From Chlamydiota bacterium (GTDB lineage Bacteria > Auribacterota > Tritonobacteria > UBA1439): a DNA stretch of 41,013 nt. Numbering within the stretch: position 1 is the first letter of the stretch; each line of letters opens with the position of its first letter. Of the stretch, positions 37,497 through 41,013 are shown piece after piece. Below the pieces are notes generated by a model. The model did no database searches, was not told where the DNA came from, and saw nothing but the letters and a program-made list of their open reading frames with translations. The translations under genes and the position numbers were made by a program. The stretch lies in the NCBI GenBank assembly GCA_037133055.1, contig JBAXOY010000012.1:1-41013 (forward strand), read 5' to 3'.

Positions 37497-37643
37497 ATCG
37501 CCTGCCGCATCATGCGCCGTGGAGCCTGTCCGGGCAACGGGCGGCGGGCGATCGTCTGCGGCGTTGCGGCGCCCGTGACGATGAGCAGGACATCGTCTTC
37601 GTCGCCGCGCCGTTACACCCCTGCGCTGCCGGGATTCATACGC

Positions 37644-40600
37644 TCACCTGAAATCCTTTTTCGACACCTTCCGTAGCATGTGGTTGCGGCAGTCCACGAC
37701 GTAGATCGCCTCCCCCTTCTTCTCGACCGCGATCCCCATGGGAAATGAGAGGAGCGGCGTGCTCCCCTCCATCGGCTTCAGCGCCCCGAGGAGTTTTCCC
37801 TTTCGCGAGTACTTGAGGATGCGATTGCCCGGCGGGTCGGTGAGGTAGATGTCGCCGCGCTCATCGACATCCAGATAGGGCTCATTGAATACGCCCCGCT
37901 GCCATCCATCGATCTTGAACTCGCTCCGGTAGCCCCCCTCTTTGTCAAATATCTGCACGCGCCTGTTCCCCGTGTCGGCCACATAGACATTCCCCTTCCG
38001 ATCAACCGCGATGCCGTTCGGGGCATCGAATTCTCCCTTCCCCTGCCCCTTTCGGCCTATCTCCTTCAATTGTTTCCCATCGCTCGAAAAGATTTTTATC
38101 ATGCTATTGGCGCTATCAGCAACCCAGATACGCCCCTTTTCATCCACCGCGATGCCCCGCGGCGCGTAAAATCCCCCCTCGAAATGAAAAAGATACTTGC
38201 CCTCCCCGTCGAACACTTGAACGCGATTGTTGAACGTGTCGGCGACGAACACCCGCCCATCCCCGCCCACCGCGACCCCGCAGGGATCGTTGAACCGGCC
38301 GGCATCATTGCCCTTCGTTCCCCAGAATTTCACGAACACCCCATTCGAGTCGAACTTCTGTATCCGGTAGTTCCGGAAATCAGCGACGTACACGCACCCC
38401 TGCCCATTGAGGGCCACCCCGCGCGGCTCCTTGTACTGTCCGGGCCCGCTCCCCTGCGTCACCCCCGGTATCTTCGCGCGCGGCTCATCCCTTGGAGCCG
38501 CTGCGGGTTCGATTTCGGGCACGGCCTTCAGCGCCTGAACACCGACCTGTTTCGCCGCCAGTTCCCGCGGGATCCGGTACGACTGGCAGAGCGGATCTCC
38601 CTTGGAGTGATCAAAATATTCCTTATCGAGCCGGTGCAGTTCATAGCGCCCGCCGGGGTACAGGGATTTCAGGGATTCGATTATGGCGTCCCCCTGTCCG
38701 TCGGCAGGGACGATGAACATGGTCCCCGCGGGACCAGTGCGAAGTCCCTGCGAAATCGTATTCTTGAATCCGCCGCCATTAAAAAAGGCGATCGGGAGAT
38801 CCTCCTGCCCGGGCGCCAGATACGCTTCGCAATATATCCAGACAGGCTCGATAATTTCATGCGCATCATACTCAAGATAGAGATAGCACTCCCTGATATT
38901 CTCATACACGATTTCCGCGATGCGGCGATGAGCCGCGTGCTTCCACTCTTCGTACACCATCGTGTGATAGTAAAAAGCGGCAAACGCCGACGAGGCCAGC
39001 AGCGCCAGCGCGACGGACAGGAGGATCCTGCCCGCCACGGCAAGCCCGGGCGCGAAGAGTTGCCGAAGCCGGGCGAGCACCACACATGCGAAGAGGGCGG
39101 CCAGGATATATATGGCCGGAGCCGCGCAGGTGATTCTCCGCGCCAGCACATCGCGGGAGGAGATGGTGGGGAGCACTCCGATGCCGAACCACAGGATGAG
39201 AAGCGCGCATCTCGAATCCGAAAGACGGGGAAGGCACCAGGCGAGCCCGCCCACAAAAAGAACGCTCACCGGCCAGAGGAGGATGGCCCCCTCCTTTTTG
39301 AACCAGCAGTCAAGGTCGGTCGCCTCCACGAGCAGGGATTTCGCGAGCTTCACGACATTCACCGCCATTGCCCGGTAGGACTGCAGTGCGTACCCGACCC
39401 TCTCGTTGACCGGCGCATTGATCAACTGCAATTTCTGGGTCGAGCTGAAAAGGCGCGTTCGTGGAGCGCTCAACAATGCCACGAGCACCAGCACTGCCAG
39501 GCCGGAGATGAGAAGGGATTTCCTGGACTGCCTGCTTCGCGCCATGGAGTAGATCCAGAAGGCAATGACCACAAGGACGGCAAACTGGGCGCTCGGGTAC
39601 ACATAGAAATCCAATGCGAGACTGAACACCAGCGAAACGGCCCATCCGATGCTGCGGCCCTGTATCGCTCTCACCGCGCAGAGCATGGTGAACGCCGCGC
39701 AGAGCGTGGTGAGGGCGAACGGGACTTCGCTATACCGTGAATGCGCGTTGTGCCAGGGGCACACCGCCATGAACAGCGCCGCGAACAACCCCACGGATGA
39801 CCCGAAAAGCTCCTCTCCGAGCAAAAATATAACGTAGAGCGCCAGCACCCCGAGCACGACCGAAAGCGCCCTCTGAAGAATGAAATGCGACCCCCATATA
39901 CTAAACGCGGCCCAATTGAGAATGATCTGATAGCTCGTATCATCCAGTGAAAAATGATATACCGAATAGCCACTGCATGCCGGATACTTACAGGCGCGTT
40001 CAGTCTGCACGCCCGCCTCGTCATTAAAAAGCCGGCGGGTCTCGCGGACGGCCTTGACAAGTTTCGCCGGGCTGGTGAAATCCCACGGGGATTCATGCGC
40101 AAGCTGCGCGGCGATCAGTCCGGTCTCCGCGGAGTGATGGGCATGGCCCGGAGGGCGGATGTCAAGGTGATAGGCGCGGAAGACGAGCCCCATCACAATA
40201 ATGGCCAGAAGCGACAGCATCCTGTTCCTGCGGTTCGGAGGGGGGATAAGGTCCTTCAACTGCTCCCGGTAACCGGCAGCGGATGCAATCACCAACACGA
40301 CGAAGGCGGCGCCGAGCAGAGAATAGGACACGGCTGCGGGGATATGGGTCCAGAGCAGTTCCGCCACCACCGCTACGGTCAACGCGGGGAGGAGAAACGC
40401 TCTTGATGGCTGCCGGTTCTCCCTTCGCGCGACAACCAGCAGCGAGCACAGAATCCCCACACCGGCGGCAAGAACGGCGAGAAGCGTCGCATGCCGCGCG
40501 CCGCTCTGGTATACGCGCTCTCCCAGCATAAGGAATGGGTTCATCACCGGGGAGAGGAAATCGAACGTGTGCACAGAGGGGAAGGGCGTCCAGACGCACA

Positions 40601-40691
40601 CGGTGAGAAAACCACAGACGGCCGCGCAGACCGCGCACACGATGCCGAGCGTGCCCCACACGAGCCGGGCCTTTGAGCGCATAATGTTCAT
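37644..40691 (-). CDS. GT-C-like membrane protein with C-terminal NHL-repeat beta-propeller
   Basis: FRAYHLDIRPPG, PWHNAHSRY, ARR; many TM segments; NHL repeats (EPRGVA..VYVADFRNYRIQKFD and others). GAGGAG RBS before the ATG at 40691. Confidence 0.78.
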   Translation of the reverse strand: MNIMRSKARLVWGTLGIVCAVCAAVCGFLTVCVWTPFPSVHTFDFLSPVMNPFLMLGERVYQSGARHATLLAVLAAGVGILCSLLVVARRENRQPSRAFLLPALTVAVVAELLWTHIPAAVSYSLLGAAFVVLVIASAAGYREQLKDLIPPPNRRNRMLSLLAIIVMGLVFRAYHLDIRPPGHAHHSAETGLIAAQLAHESPWDFTSPAKLVKAVRETRRLFNDEAGVQTERACKYPACSGYSVYHFSLDDTSYQIILNWAAFSIWGSHFILQRALSVVLGVLALYVIFLLGEELFGSSVGLFAALFMAVCPWHNAHSRYSEVPFALTTLCAAFTMLCAVRAIQGRSIGWAVSLVFSLALDFYVYPSAQFAVLVVIAFWIYSMARSRQSRKSLLISGLAVLVLVALLSAPRTRLFSSTQKLQLINAPVNERVGYALQSYRAMAVNVVKLAKSLLVEATDLDCWFKKEGAILLWPVSVLFVGGLAWCLPRLSDSRCALLILWFGIGVLPTISSRDVLARRITCAAPAIYILAALFACVVLARLRQLFAPGLAVAGRILLSVALALLASSAFAAFYYHTMVYEEWKHAAHRRIAEIVYENIRECYLYLEYDAHEIIEPVWIYCEAYLAPGQEDLPIAFFNGGGFKNTISQGLRTGPAGTMFIVPADGQGDAIIESLKSLYPGGRYELHRLDKEYFDHSKGDPLCQSYRIPRELAAKQVGVQALKAVPEIEPAAAPRDEPRAKIPGVTQGSGPGQYKEPRGVALNGQGCVYVADFRNYRIQKFDSNGVFVKFWGTKGNDAGRFNDPCGVAVGGDGRVFVADTFNNRVQVFDGEGKYLFHFEGGFYAPRGIAVDEKGRIWVADSANSMIKIFSSDGKQLKEIGRKGQGKGEFDAPNGIAVDRKGNVYVADTGNRRVQIFDKEGGYRSEFKIDGWQRGVFNEPYLDVDERGDIYLTDPPGNRILKYSRKGKLLGALKPMEGSTPLLSFPMGIAVEKKGEAIYVVDCRNHMLRKVSKKDFR

Positions 40692-40718
40692 CCCTTTCTC
40701 CTCGCGTCCCACCGCGCG

Positions 40719-41012
40719 TCACGCGCGCGTGCTCATTGCCTGCGTAAAATCCCGCATGGAAAATTTTCTGATGCCGTGGCTCCGGCAATCAACCGCAAAA
40801 AGGGCGTCAGCATCCTTTGCGACCGCGAGACCGCCTGGTTCGTCCCCCGGATCAGCACGTCGCCGAGGACCGCCACGATGCCCGCCGCCGAAACCCTCCG
40901 GGCCGCCGCCGGTTGCGTCGCGGCGCGGCGTTGCTCCGGCCTCAGCGCACGGCGCTGGGTACGCCTTCGGCCTCGCGCCTTGATCCGCTCGCACCCGACA
41001 GGCGGCGCGGCA
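40719..41012 (-). CDS. Partial 3' end of a gene running off the window; ends in a single NHL-like blade
   Basis: The frame is open to the window edge. PGGLAVAKDADALFAVDCRSHGIRKFSMRDF resembles the C-terminus of the neighbouring gene (PMGIAVEKKGEAIYVVDCRNHMLRKVSKKDF). Confidence 0.5.
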   Translation of the reverse strand, partial: CRAACRVRADQGARPKAYPAPCAEAGATPRRDATGGGPEGFGGGHRGGPRRRADPGDEPGGLAVAKDADALFAVDCRSHGIRKFSMRDFTQAMSTRA

Positions 41013-41013
41013 G

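Overview
High-GC bacterial DNA, almost entirely one large cell-surface glycan or glycoconjugate biosynthesis and modification locus. The + strand left arm (305-8823) encodes three cobalamin-binding radical SAM enzymes, two GT2 glycosyltransferases and an FrhB-like Fe-S protein fused to a methyltransferase. It is punctuated by AT-richer arrays of short repeats (1-182, 3906-4456). A GT87-like gene and an IS3-family element lie between two 96-bp direct repeats of the 3' end of a radical SAM gene (8756-11922). The - strand block (11949-27201) encodes GT4, a methyltransferase, a SPASM radical SAM, a Wzm/Wzt ABC exporter, a fourth B12 radical SAM, a TPR protein, a TIGR03663-like GT-C/NHL protein and a GT2-methyltransferase fusion. 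The Wzt carries an entire GH51-like glycoside hydrolase domain instead of the usual small binding module. The lower-GC right arm (27346-41013) has four more GT-C membrane glycosyltransferases with different extracytoplasmic domains, two methyltransferases and a GT2. No rRNA, tRNA or CRISPR array was recognised. All family calls come from reading motifs by eye, not from database searches.
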